Assembly (NCBI GenBank): GCA_030652255.1
Contig: JAUSAZ010000210.1
Coordinates: 224,222-288,221 of the forward strand
DNA: 64,000 bases
Direction of reading: 5' to 3'
DNA from: Myxococcales bacterium
Lineage (GTDB): Bacteria > Myxococcota_A > Polyangia > Polyangiales > Ga0077539
Below the pieces are notes generated by a model. That model was not told the DNA's origin. It was given only the letters and a program-made list of their open reading frames with translations, and ran no database searches. Of the stretch, positions 1 through 9,032 are shown one piece after another (the stretch's first letter is position 1; every line of letters begins with the position of its first letter). The translations under genes were made by a program, and so were the position numbers.

Positions 1-197
1 CGGCGGTGGAGGCGCTGTTCTGGGCGGGGCTGCTGCCCGCCAACGACGTGCTGCCGGTCGACGCGGCGATGGAGGCGTCGCTCGCCGGGGACATGGAGTT
101 CGAGGCGTTTTGCGACGCGCGGGCCGAGGCCTTCGTGGCGGCGCTGGAGACGATGGACGAGCCGAGCGACGACGACCCGGCCGCCCGGGTGAAGTGA
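1..197 (+). CDS. Hypothetical protein, 3' fragment; the reading frame is open from the window edge
   Basis: The frame stays open from base 3 to the TGA at 195-197. The tail is acidic (..ETMDEPSDDDPAARVK). It ends 24 nt before the RecT-like gene. No family recognised. Confidence 0.3.
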   Translation, partial: AVEALFWAGLLPANDVLPVDAAMEASLAGDMEFEAFCDARAEAFVAALETMDEPSDDDPAARVK

Positions 198-221
198 GCG
201 AGTGACGAGAGGGAGACAGCC

Positions 222-1127
222 ATGAACAACGAGAAGATCGAGAAGAACGAGACCGCGGGGCAGGCGACGAAGGCCTCGGGCGAGCGCGCGGGCTACGACG
301 TCGACGAGCGCACGGGGGCGAAGGTCATCGACTCGATCGTCCTGCGGGGCGACCTGTCGGGGCTCGGGCCGGCCGAGCGGGCGAGGTTCTACGTGCAGAT
401 GTGTGAGGGGCTCGGGCTCAACCCCCACGCGCAGCCCTTCGCGTTCCTGCGCTTGAACGGGAAGGAGATCCTGTACGCGACGCGCGGCGCCACCGACCAG
501 CTGGCCGCGATGCACCGGGTCAACCGGAAGATCATCGACGGCCCGAAGGTCATCGACCTCGCGGGCACCAAGCTGGTCTACGCGGTGTGCGAGGCGTCGA
601 TGCCCAACGGCCGCGTGGAGACCGCGACCGCGACCGTGCCGCTCACCGACCCGGTGAACGTGCTGATGAAGGCCGAAACCAAGGCGAAGCGCCGGGCGAC
701 GCTCTCCATCCTCGGGCTCGGCGTGCTCGACGAGCTGGAGATCGAGACCATCCCCGCGGGGGCGCAGGAGCCCGGTGGCGCCGTCGACCTCAACCAGGTC
801 AACCACCTGGCCGAGGCCGCCGAGGAGTCGCCGGCCAACGACCCGACGCCCGACCCGACGACGGCGCACCCGGCCCTCGGGGGCTTCTACACCCGCATCG
901 GCGAGATCGAGCTGCCGGGCGAGGCCGTGGCGGTCTGGATGAAGTACCGCGCCGAGCTGGCGCCCCTGCCGGTGGCCGACCGCGAGGCCGCGTGGCGCTC
1001 GCTCTGCAAGCGCACCGAGGAGGTCGGGCGCATGAAGAACGCGAAGGTCTGGCTGAAGAAGGCCATCGCGGAGGAGGACGCGCGCAAGGGAAACGCGGGC
1101 GGCGCCGCGGATTCCCAGGCCGCCTAG
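222..1127 (+). CDS. RecT/Bet-type single-strand annealing protein (phage-style recombinase), 301 aa
   Basis: A GAGGGAG Shine-Dalgarno (SD) sequence precedes the ATG. The N-terminal ~175 aa resembles the RecT/Bet family as recalled (..RFYVQMCEGLGLNPHAQPFAFLRLNGKEILYATRGATDQLAA.. and ..KAETKAKRRATLSILG..). The C-terminal ~125 aa is unrecognised. Confidence 0.6.
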   Translation: MNNEKIEKNETAGQATKASGERAGYDVDERTGAKVIDSIVLRGDLSGLGPAERARFYVQMCEGLGLNPHAQPFAFLRLNGKEILYATRGATDQLAAMHRVNRKIIDGPKVIDLAGTKLVYAVCEASMPNGRVETATATVPLTDPVNVLMKAETKAKRRATLSILGLGVLDELEIETIPAGAQEPGGAVDLNQVNHLAEAAEESPANDPTPDPTTAHPALGGFYTRIGEIELPGEAVAVWMKYRAELAPLPVADREAAWRSLCKRTEEVGRMKNAKVWLKKAIAEEDARKGNAGGAADSQAA

Positions 1128-1157
1128 GAACGCTGACCGCGGAGGGATACGCAGAGC

Positions 1158-2309
1158 TTGCGCTGGGCGATCGGGATACACTCGGCCCCGGTCGCCCCGC
1201 CGATGAACCCCCCGCTGCTCGAGCTGCCCCACCTCCTGGAAATCGCGCACGCGCGGGCCTCCCTCGCGCCGCGCTTCTACGCGATCGTGGCCGCGCTCGG
1301 ATCACCCCGGGCCGTGTGGGAGGCCCTGCACGGCGCGGGGGTGTTTCCCGAGCCCGTGGGGCGCTACTACGCATCCCTGCGGCGCTTCGGGGTCGAGACC
1401 ACGCTCGACGCCCTCTTCACGGCCGAGCGCCTGCCGGCCATCCGCCGCTTCGTCGAGGGGCCCCGGGCGGTGGGGCCGCCGCGGGTGTCGGTCAGCACCC
1501 TCGCCAACCAGTTCTATTGTGAGATGCAGGTGCACCTGGCGCGCACGCACACGCTGCGCACCGAGAGCGCCGAGCTCGCCGCCGGGGCCGCCGGGCACGC
1601 GGCCTTCGAGGCCGAGGCCGAGGAGATCACCCAGGAGGAGATCAGCGAGGCCATCACCGCGGGCGAGCCCCTCGAGCTGGTGGAGATGCCCGTGACGGCG
1701 GAGATACACGGCGTCCGGCTGGTGGGCCGGGCGGACCGCATCCACCTGGAGGGGCGGCGCGGGCGACTGGTGCTGGAGTTCAAGTTCTCCGGGCGGCGCG
1801 AGCTGTTTCCGTCGCACGTGGTGCAGGTCGAGGCCTACGGCCGGATGCTGGAGTCCATGGGCTTCCAGACCGATCGCCTGCTGTACGGCGTCGCCGTGCT
1901 GCCGCGCGGCCGGAGGGTGAGCGACGCCCTCGCGCGCAAGATCGCCGAGGCGGCCTTCGAGGTGGCCCGCGCCGGGCTGAGCGCGACCGACGCCCGCCCG
2001 CCCAGCGGCGTGCCCGACCCGCTCTCCGGCCTCACCGTGCGCCGCGTCGACGACGAGGCCTTCGGGCTGTGGGTGTTTCGCCACTCCAGGCAGCGCGTCG
2101 AGCGCGACCTCCAATGGGCGACCTCGTACTGGACCGGCGCGCGCGCCCCGGAGGGCACCATGGCGCGAGGGAAGTGCCGGGCCTGCCCCTTCAACGCCGC
2201 GGAACTGTGCGGCGTCTCCAAGGCCCCGCCCGATGGGCGCTACGCCGTGCGCCGCACCCTGGGGCGCTTCGGCGTGACGCACGTCGTGCAGCCGGCCTCG
2301 CGGCGTTAG
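1158..2309 (+). CDS. Cas4-like / RecB-family PD-(D/E)XK nuclease with a putative 4-Cys cluster, 383 aa
   Basis: PD-(D/E)XK motifs GRADRI ... LVLEFKFSG, and a QxxxY motif (VVQVEAYG). There is an N-terminal Cys (NQFYCEMQ) plus a C-terminal CRACPFNAAELC (CxxCx8C). The TTG start at 1158 follows a GGAGGGA SD; ATG 1203 is an alternative start. Confidence 0.65.
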   Translation: MRWAIGIHSAPVAPPMNPPLLELPHLLEIAHARASLAPRFYAIVAALGSPRAVWEALHGAGVFPEPVGRYYASLRRFGVETTLDALFTAERLPAIRRFVEGPRAVGPPRVSVSTLANQFYCEMQVHLARTHTLRTESAELAAGAAGHAAFEAEAEEITQEEISEAITAGEPLELVEMPVTAEIHGVRLVGRADRIHLEGRRGRLVLEFKFSGRRELFPSHVVQVEAYGRMLESMGFQTDRLLYGVAVLPRGRRVSDALARKIAEAAFEVARAGLSATDARPPSGVPDPLSGLTVRRVDDEAFGLWVFRHSRQRVERDLQWATSYWTGARAPEGTMARGKCRACPFNAAELCGVSKAPPDGRYAVRRTLGRFGVTHVVQPASRR

Positions 2310-3307
2310 AGCCGGAGCAGGCCCGCGCCCCAGGTGTAGCCGCTGCCGAAGGCCGCGAAGAGCACCAGGGAGCCGGGGCCGGCGCGGCCCGCGATGAGGG
2401 CCTCGGAGAGCGAGAGCGGAATCGAGGCGGCGGTGGTGTTGCCGTAGCGGTCGATGGTCGTGACGACCTTCTCCATGGGGATCTCGAGCTTGCGCGCGAC
2501 GAGCTCGTTGATGCGCAGGTTGGCCTGGTGCGGCACGAAGAGGTCGATGTCGGCGGTGGTGCGGCCCGCCTCGGCGAGCACCGCCCGCGAGGCCTCGGGC
2601 ATCTTCTCCGTCGCCCAGCGAAACACCTGCTTGCCGTTCATGCGGGTGTACTGCCGCCGCTCGTCGAGCATCTCCTTGGTGATGCGATCGGGCGAGCGGC
2701 CGGACGAGGGGGCCTCGATCCAGAGGTCGGTGGCGCCGCGGCCGTCGGCGCCGAGCGTGAGGCTGAGGAGCCCGCGCCCCTCCTCCTCGGTGGGGCCGAG
2801 CACCACCGCGCCCGCGCCGTCGCCGAAGAGCACCGTGACATCGCGGCCCTCATCCGAGAAGTCGAGGCCCGTGGAGTGCACCTCCGCGCCCACGAGGAGC
2901 ACACGGCGGTAGACGCCCGCGCGGATCCAGGCGTCGGCGATGGAGAGCCCGTAGAGGAAGCCCGAGCACTGGTTGCGGATGTCGAGGGCAGGGATGCCCG
3001 GGAGCCCGAGCTTCGCCTGGAGGAAGCACCCGGTGCCCGGGAAGAACGCGTCGGGCGAGAGCGTCGCGAAGATGATCGCGTCGATCTCCGAGAGGGCCAC
3101 GCCGGCCTTCTCGCAGGCCATCTTGCACGCGGGCACCGCGAGGTCGCTCGCGAACACCCCGTCGCCCTCGATGTAGCGCCGCTCGCGGATGCCCGAGCGC
3201 TGGACGATCCACTCGTCGCTGGTGTTGAAGAGCTTCGCGAGGTCGTCGTTGGTGACGACCTTGGAGGGGACATGGTGACCGACGCCCAGGATCGCGCTTC
3301 GCCGCAT
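2306..3307 (-). CDS. fabH: 3-oxoacyl-ACP synthase III
   Basis: Active-site motifs NQCSGFLYG, PHQANLRI and YGNTTAASIP. ATG 3307 gives MRRSAILGVGHHVP. The track ORF extends to a TTG at 3343. Confidence 0.9.
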   Translation of the reverse strand: MRRSAILGVGHHVPSKVVTNDDLAKLFNTSDEWIVQRSGIRERRYIEGDGVFASDLAVPACKMACEKAGVALSEIDAIIFATLSPDAFFPGTGCFLQAKLGLPGIPALDIRNQCSGFLYGLSIADAWIRAGVYRRVLLVGAEVHSTGLDFSDEGRDVTVLFGDGAGAVVLGPTEEEGRGLLSLTLGADGRGATDLWIEAPSSGRSPDRITKEMLDERRQYTRMNGKQVFRWATEKMPEASRAVLAEAGRTTADIDLFVPHQANLRINELVARKLEIPMEKVVTTIDRYGNTTAASIPLSLSEALIAGRAGPGSLVLFAAFGSGYTWGAGLLRL

Positions 3308-3339
3308 GCCCAGCGGTCTGCTTGACCGCGGGCGATCCG

Positions 3340-6300
3340 TCAACGGTCGAGGCCGCGATGGCGGAGCGAGCAGCGGGTGTACGAGCCGCGGTCGCCGCGC
3401 AGCACCTCGAGCCGGGCTGGGATGCGCTTGCGGAGCTCAGGCACGTGCGAGACCACGCCCACCATGCGGGCGTGCTGCGGGAGGCGCTCCAGCAGCTCGA
3501 TGGCGCGCTCGACGGTGTCTTCGTCGAGGGCGCCGAAGCCCTCGTCGACGAAGAGGGACTCCACACGGATGCCCCCCGCCCAGGCCTGGAGCACCTCGCC
3601 GAGCCCGAGGGCCATCGCGAGGGAAGCCAGGAATACCTCCCCCCCGGAGAGGCTCGCGGCCGGACGGGCGAGGCCGCCGACGTAGGCGTCGTCGACCACC
3701 AGGTCGAACTCCCGGCCGGTCTGGGCGCGCTCCTGGCGGCGCAGGCGGAAGCGCCCGTCGCTCATCGCCTCGAGGCCCGCGCTCGCGCTCGCCACGACGC
3801 GATCGAAGAGGTCGAGGAGCACGTACCGGCTCAGGCGCACCCGGGTGGGTCCCTTGCCGTTGGCGACCTCGGACACCCGGCGCACCCGATGGCACTGCGC
3901 CTCCGCCCCGGCCTTTGTCGCCGCCGCGGCGAGCAGCGCCCGCCGCTGGTGTTCCATGGCCGCAAGGGAGGTCTGCGCGATGACCAGCTCGCGCTGCGCC
4001 GCCTCCAGCTGCCCGCGCAGGGAGCCCTCGTCGTCCGCCAGGGACGGCCCCGCCGCTTCGTCCGCGCCTAGCGCATCGAGGGCCTCGCGGTGGGCGACCT
4101 CCGCGCGGGCGCGGGCCTCCAGCGACGCCCGCAGCCGCAGCCGCTCTCCGGTGCCCAGCGCCGCGGTCAGGAGGGCCTGCTCGTCGGCGAAGCCCCCGTC
4201 CTCCATCGCCCCGGCGAGCGCCGCGGCCGCCTCGGCGCGCGCCGCCGATGCGCGCTCGACCTCCGCGGAGAGCATCGGCAGCGCCCCCTCCGCCGCTGCC
4301 CCCGCCCGGGCCGTCTCCTCACGACGGGCGCGGGCCTCCCGCAGCGAGGCCTGCTGCGCCGCGACCTCGGCGTCGAGCCCGCGCAGGGTGTCCGCGACGG
4401 CGGCCGCGGTCATACCCATGCCGGTAAACACCACCCGGCGCTGGGCGACGTCGTCCTCCATCGTCGCGAGGCGGGAGCGGGCGACCGCGAGCGCCGACCG
4501 GTCGTCGGCGATCGAGGCGCGCAGGGCCTCCGCCGTCGCCGCCAGGCCCGAGCGCGTGCGGCGTGCCGCGTCGAGGTCCAGGCGCCGGCGGCGCAGCGCC
4601 GAGAGCGCGTCCTTGCCCGAGCGCACCTCCCGCGCGAGGGCCTCCTCGTCCACCGGCTCGGCCGCGCCGTCCGCACGTAGCGCCGCCTCGGCCTCCTCGA
4701 TGCGGATCTGCAGCGCGAACGACTCCCGCTGGGCCTGGGCGTGCGCCGCCGCGGCGCGGGCGAGGGCGCCGGCGTCGACCGCCGCCTCGAACGCCGCGCT
4801 CGCCCGCGCCCGGGGCGCCGGGTGCGAGCCCGAGCCGCACACCGGGCAGGGCTCACCCACGACCAGCGACGCGGCCAGGAGGGCAGCGTGCTCGTCGCGG
4901 GTCGCGGCCTCCGCCCGGGCGTGCTGTGACGCCAGCGCGCGCCACGCCTCCTCGGCGTCCCGCTCGGCGGCCAGGGCGTCGCGCCGGGCCCGCTGCAACC
5001 CCCGCAGACCGTCCTCGCGCGACCTGCGCTCGGCCGCCCGCTGCTGCCGCTGGGCGAGGCCCTCGACCCGCGATCGCAGCGCGGGCTCCTCCGCGATCGC
5101 CGCTTCGTGCGCCGCGATCGACCCGTCGAGCTCGGCCAGCGAGCGGGCGGCCTCGGCGAGCGCCTGCTCCCTCGCCTGGAGACCTGCGTGCATCCGGTCG
5201 GCCTCGACGGCGCGCCCGGCCACCTCGCGCTCGACCGCCGCGAGGCGCTCGGCCTCGTCCTGCGCCGCTCGCAGCGCCGCGGCCCGCCCGAGCGCCGCCC
5301 GGATCGCGCTCTCCGCCGCCTCCAGGCTCGAGGGGCTCAGGGCGGGATCGCCCAGCGCCTCCGACAGCCGCTGGTGCTCCGCTCGCGCGCGCTCGTGGCG
5401 CTCGCGGCGCGACCCGAGGTCGGCGTCGCGCTCACGCAGGCGGGTGAGGGCCTCCAGGCACCGCGCGGCCGACTCGTCGCGCGCGAGGCGCTCGCGGTCG
5501 CGGTCGGCGTCGCCGGCGCCCGCCGCGAGGGCCGCGAGCGCGTCGCGGTGGATGCGGCGCTGGGCGTTGCGACGCTCGATCTCGGCGGCGACACCGCGCG
5601 CGGCGAGGGCGGTCTCCAGGGCCGCGCGAAGCCCCGCGATCGCGACCTCGGACTCCGCGACCCGCCGACCCCCGTCGGCGGCCTTCGCGTCGAGGTCGTC
5701 GAGGTCCGACGCGCCGACGCCCTCGAGGAGCGCCCGCAGCACCCCGTCGGCCTGGTCGAAGGCCGCGCGCGCGGTGGCGTCCATCGCGCGGAGCTCCTCC
5801 TCGATGAGGGCGTAGCGGGCCGTGCCGAAGAGGTGCTCCAGCAGCCGCTCGCGCCGCTCGGCGGGCGCCAGCAGCAGGTCGCGAAACTCCCCCTGCGGCA
5901 GCACGATCACCCGGGAGAATTGCTCGTGCGGGAGGTGCAGCAGCCGCCCGACCTCGCGGGAGACGTCGCGGGTTCCGCCGACGGCCTCGAAGCCTGGGTC
6001 GCCCGCGAGGCACTGGAGCGACGCCGTGGTGCGCGCGCGGGTGACGGTTCCGCGGCGCGACATCCGCTCGGGCTCGATGGAGCGCGCGACCCGGTAGCGC
6101 CGGTCGCCGAGGGAGAAGTCCAGGGTGACGGCGGTGGGCGCGTCGGGCGGGGCGGCGACGTTGCGGAGCATCTCGTCGGTGGCCCGGTCGCCCAGGCCCC
6201 TGCCGTAGAGCGCCCAGGACATCGCGTCGAGCAGGGTGCTCTTACCCGACCCGGTATCCCCGTGGACGAGGAAGAGCCCCGCGTCGTGGAAGGGCTCGAG

Positions 6301-6360
6301 GTCGACGGTGTGCTCGGCGTAGGGGCCGAAGTGCTGGAGGGTGATCGAGTGGGGCCTCAC
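3340..6360 (-). CDS. sbcC: DNA double-strand-break repair ATPase SbcC, 1006 aa
   Basis: The N-terminus reads VRPHSITLQHFGPY..GDTGSGKSTLLDAMSWALYG (Walker A). Long coiled coil with a zinc hook (CPVCGS). The C-terminus has LSGGEVFLASLAMALG and FVDEGFGALD. The GTG start overlaps the sbcD stop (GTGA). Confidence 0.9.
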   Translation of the reverse strand: MRPHSITLQHFGPYAEHTVDLEPFHDAGLFLVHGDTGSGKSTLLDAMSWALYGRGLGDRATDEMLRNVAAPPDAPTAVTLDFSLGDRRYRVARSIEPERMSRRGTVTRARTTASLQCLAGDPGFEAVGGTRDVSREVGRLLHLPHEQFSRVIVLPQGEFRDLLLAPAERRERLLEHLFGTARYALIEEELRAMDATARAAFDQADGVLRALLEGVGASDLDDLDAKAADGGRRVAESEVAIAGLRAALETALAARGVAAEIERRNAQRRIHRDALAALAAGAGDADRDRERLARDESAARCLEALTRLRERDADLGSRRERHERARAEHQRLSEALGDPALSPSSLEAAESAIRAALGRAAALRAAQDEAERLAAVEREVAGRAVEADRMHAGLQAREQALAEAARSLAELDGSIAAHEAAIAEEPALRSRVEGLAQRQQRAAERRSREDGLRGLQRARRDALAAERDAEEAWRALASQHARAEAATRDEHAALLAASLVVGEPCPVCGSGSHPAPRARASAAFEAAVDAGALARAAAAHAQAQRESFALQIRIEEAEAALRADGAAEPVDEEALAREVRSGKDALSALRRRRLDLDAARRTRSGLAATAEALRASIADDRSALAVARSRLATMEDDVAQRRVVFTGMGMTAAAVADTLRGLDAEVAAQQASLREARARREETARAGAAAEGALPMLSAEVERASAARAEAAAALAGAMEDGGFADEQALLTAALGTGERLRLRASLEARARAEVAHREALDALGADEAAGPSLADDEGSLRGQLEAAQRELVIAQTSLAAMEHQRRALLAAAATKAGAEAQCHRVRRVSEVANGKGPTRVRLSRYVLLDLFDRVVASASAGLEAMSDGRFRLRRQERAQTGREFDLVVDDAYVGGLARPAASLSGGEVFLASLAMALGLGEVLQAWAGGIRVESLFVDEGFGALDEDTVERAIELLERLPQHARMVGVVSHVPELRKRIPARLEVLRGDRGSYTRCSLRHRGLDR

Positions 6361-7541
6361 GTCGCCTCCCCGGTCGCCGCGAGCGCCTCGCGAAACACCG
6401 CGCGGTCGTCGTCCGTGGGAGCGCCGGGCCCGTGGAGGCGGAAGAAGTCGTCGAAGACCTCGGCGGGGCCGCGCCGCTCGTCGGGGATCGCCGCCACCGC
6501 CGCCAGCGGGTCGCGCTCCATCCGCGTCTGGCGGAACTCCAGCAGGTGCGGGAATCGCTCGCGCAGGCGCTCCATCGCCTGCGGGGGCATCGGGTGGTCC
6601 GTCACCACGGCCTGGACATACCGTGACGTGTAAGCCTCGAGCGCGGGGTCGCGCAGCAGGGTGGCGAGGTCGCCGCGGATGCGCCCGAGGTCGCGCCGGG
6701 GGTGCAGGGCCTCCTCCTCGAGGGCGCAGCGGCCGTCGGCGTCGAGGGTCACCACGGAGAGCGTGCGGGGGTCGTCGCTCTCCTCGAAGGCGTAGCGCAG
6801 CAGCGAGCCCGAGTAGCGCACGCGGCGGTCGTCGCCGACCCACTGCGGCCGGTGCAGGTGCCCGAGCGCCACGTAGGAGAAGCCGTCGAAGTGCGACGCG
6901 GGCACCGCGCCGGCGCCGCCCAGGTACAGCGCGCGCTCGGAGCGCGGCGACTCGACCGGCGGCCCTCCGCCGCGGACGAAGCCGTGCGCCACGACGACGC
7001 TCCGGCGCACCGACGCGGCGACGCGGTGCTCGTGCGCGGGGGCGAGCAGGGCCTCGACGGTCTCGGCGTGGGTGAGGGTGCCGCCGGTGAGCGGGGCGTC
7101 GACGCCAGGCGCCGCGAAGAGGGCCGCGGCGGTCTCGGGCTCGACGTAGGGGATGGGGTAGAAGGTCACCTCGCCGTCGGCGTCCTCGAGGGTGACCGGG
7201 CGGAAGGGGCCGTCGACCCGGCCGCGGAGGTGGAGGTCGCCCTGCGCGAAGAGCCACGAGCCGAAGCCGAGGTGCTCGGCGCTGTCGTGGTTTCCAGCGA
7301 TCGCGATGACCGGGATCTCGAGGCCCCGGTGCGCCTCCTGGAGGAAGTCGTCGAGGAGACGCACCGCGTCGCGGCCGGGCAGCGCGCGGTCGTAGAGGTC
7401 GCCGGCGAGCACGAGCACGTCGGCCTGCGCCGCGCGCACCCGCTCGACCACCTGTTCGAGGATGTGCCGCTGGTCGTCGATCAGGGAAAGTCCGTGGAAG
7501 ACCCGCCCGATGTGGAGGTCCGCGAGGTGGGCGATGCGCAT
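6357..7541 (-). CDS. sbcD: Nuclease SbcD (Mre11-type phosphoesterase), 394 aa
   Basis: MRIAHLADLHIGRVF.., LVLAGDLYDR, AIAGNHD and VAHGFV are calcineurin-like phosphoesterase motifs. Confidence 0.9.
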   Translation of the reverse strand: MRIAHLADLHIGRVFHGLSLIDDQRHILEQVVERVRAAQADVLVLAGDLYDRALPGRDAVRLLDDFLQEAHRGLEIPVIAIAGNHDSAEHLGFGSWLFAQGDLHLRGRVDGPFRPVTLEDADGEVTFYPIPYVEPETAAALFAAPGVDAPLTGGTLTHAETVEALLAPAHEHRVAASVRRSVVVAHGFVRGGGPPVESPRSERALYLGGAGAVPASHFDGFSYVALGHLHRPQWVGDDRRVRYSGSLLRYAFEESDDPRTLSVVTLDADGRCALEEEALHPRRDLGRIRGDLATLLRDPALEAYTSRYVQAVVTDHPMPPQAMERLRERFPHLLEFRQTRMERDPLAAVAAIPDERRGPAEVFDDFFRLHGPGAPTDDDRAVFREALAATGEAT

Positions 7542-7657
7542 CGGCGTGGTTGTACCGCCATCGCTCGCGGCGTGAAGGACGACGGTGCGCGGCGGGGCGG
7601 ATTCGGCTATGTTCCGGGCGCGACAGCGGAGTCCGTCCCACACAGCGAAAGAGGGTT

Positions 7658-8998
7658 ATGAGCGACGCGGGTGATGTGGTCGAGCTGAGCGAGGAGGAGC
7701 GTCGGACCATCGACGCGATCTACGAGCGTCGCATGACCGCGACGCACTACGAGATCCTCGGCGTGGCGCGCGACGCCGAGCGCAAGACCATCCGCGACGC
7801 CTACTTCGCGCTGTCGAAGCGCTTCCACCCCGACGTGTTCTTCAACCGCTCGCTCGGTGACTACCGGGTGCGCATCGACGAGCTCTTCCGGGTCTTCACC
7901 CGCGCCTACGACGTGCTCGGCAACGCCCGGCAGCGCGCCGGGTACGACCTGCACATCGGCTCCCTCGAGCGCCCCTCGCGTCCGCCGCCCGCGTCCGTGC
8001 CCGAGGTCACGGGCATCGTGTCCGCCGCCCGCGACGCCGCTCGCCAGACGACGCCCGAGCCCACCCGGCCCGGCGCCTCGACCCCGGGCGTGCCCGCCGT
8101 CAGCAGCGCCCCGCCGCGCAGCTCGTCCCCCACCAACCCCGCCGCCCAGCTGCCGCCGCCCGCCCGCACGGCGCCTCGGCCGATGATGCCGCCCATCGGC
8201 ACCGCGGTGGTGCCGCCGGCCCACACCCACGCCGCGCCCGCCGCCCCGGTGTCGAAGGCGACCCCGGCCCCGATGCAGCCGCTCGACCCGGAGACCCTGC
8301 GGCGCGCGCGAGAGTCGATGGCGCGCCGGCTCAGCTCCGTGGTGCCGCAGCGGCCCTCGAGCGCGCCGGTCCGCGGCCCGACGGCCCCGCCGGTGGGCAT
8401 GCCCCCGTCGTCGCCGTCGCACCAGCAGATCCCGCGCATGGCCGAGCGGGCCGTCTCCGCGGCGCAGCTCGTCGCCAACGCCGAAGAGGCCCAGCGCAAG
8501 GGGGACTTCAGCGCCGCCACCGAGGCCCTGAAGCAGGCGCTCGCGCTCAACAAGGACGACGAGGCGCTGCGCCTCCGCTACGAGGCGACGCGCAAGCTGC
8601 TCGTCGCGCAGCAGGTCGACGGGCACATCAGCGCCGCGCGGGAGGCGATGCGCGACGGTCAGCCCCTGGTGGCCGCGAAGCACTGGGAGCAGGCCGCCGA
8701 GGGGCGCCCCACCGACGCGCTGCTCTGGCTCAACGCCGCCGAGGTGCTCGCCAAGTACACCAAGGAGTACAAGCGCGCGACCGACCTCGCGCAGCGCGTC
8801 ACGATGGCCGACCCCAGCAACGTGAAGGCGCACGCGCTGCTGGCGGGGATCTTCATCAAGGCCGGGCTGAAGGCGAGCGCGTACGCGTCGATCCAGACCA
8901 TCGCGCGCCTGAGCCCGGATTTCCCTGCGTTGAAGGACCTGCGGGAGAAGCTCGGGCCCTACACCCTGGCCGAGAAGGTGGGCCTCCGCAGTCGTTGA
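7658..8998 (+). CDS. J-domain protein with a Pro-rich linker and C-terminal TPR-like repeats, 446 aa
   Basis: An AAAGAGGG SD precedes ATG 7658. J domain: HYEILGV..RDAYFALSKRFHPD (HPD motif). About 170 aa of P/A/S-rich low complexity follow, then TPR-like helical repeats. Confidence 0.8.
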   Translation: MSDAGDVVELSEEERRTIDAIYERRMTATHYEILGVARDAERKTIRDAYFALSKRFHPDVFFNRSLGDYRVRIDELFRVFTRAYDVLGNARQRAGYDLHIGSLERPSRPPPASVPEVTGIVSAARDAARQTTPEPTRPGASTPGVPAVSSAPPRSSSPTNPAAQLPPPARTAPRPMMPPIGTAVVPPAHTHAAPAAPVSKATPAPMQPLDPETLRRARESMARRLSSVVPQRPSSAPVRGPTAPPVGMPPSSPSHQQIPRMAERAVSAAQLVANAEEAQRKGDFSAATEALKQALALNKDDEALRLRYEATRKLLVAQQVDGHISAAREAMRDGQPLVAAKHWEQAAEGRPTDALLWLNAAEVLAKYTKEYKRATDLAQRVTMADPSNVKAHALLAGIFIKAGLKASAYASIQTIARLSPDFPALKDLREKLGPYTLAEKVGLRSR

Positions 8999-9032
8999 AG
9001 GCGCGTGGCGAAACGGGCATCGTCGGGGGACG

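Noticed and set aside
3340-7541. SbcC/SbcD-like pair as an SMC-type defence system (Lamassu-, Wadjet- or Gabija-like)
   Set aside because: Both proteins have canonical SbcCD features: Mre11-type phosphoesterase motifs, Rad50-type Walker A and B, a signature motif and a CxxC zinc hook. No accessory defence genes are present.
7542-7657. A LexA/SOS box in the sbcD / J-protein divergent region
   Set aside because: Only a partial GTTCCGG resemblance to the Myxococcus-type box (as I remember it) was seen. The upstream half does not match.
3340-7710. A 1456-aa ORF spanning the sbcC and sbcD regions, read as one giant gene
   Set aside because: Only the C-terminal 1006 aa (from the GTG at 6360) is SbcC. 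The upstream part is Arg/Pro/Gly-rich off-frame read-through across sbcD, which has its own well-supported frame (6357-7541).
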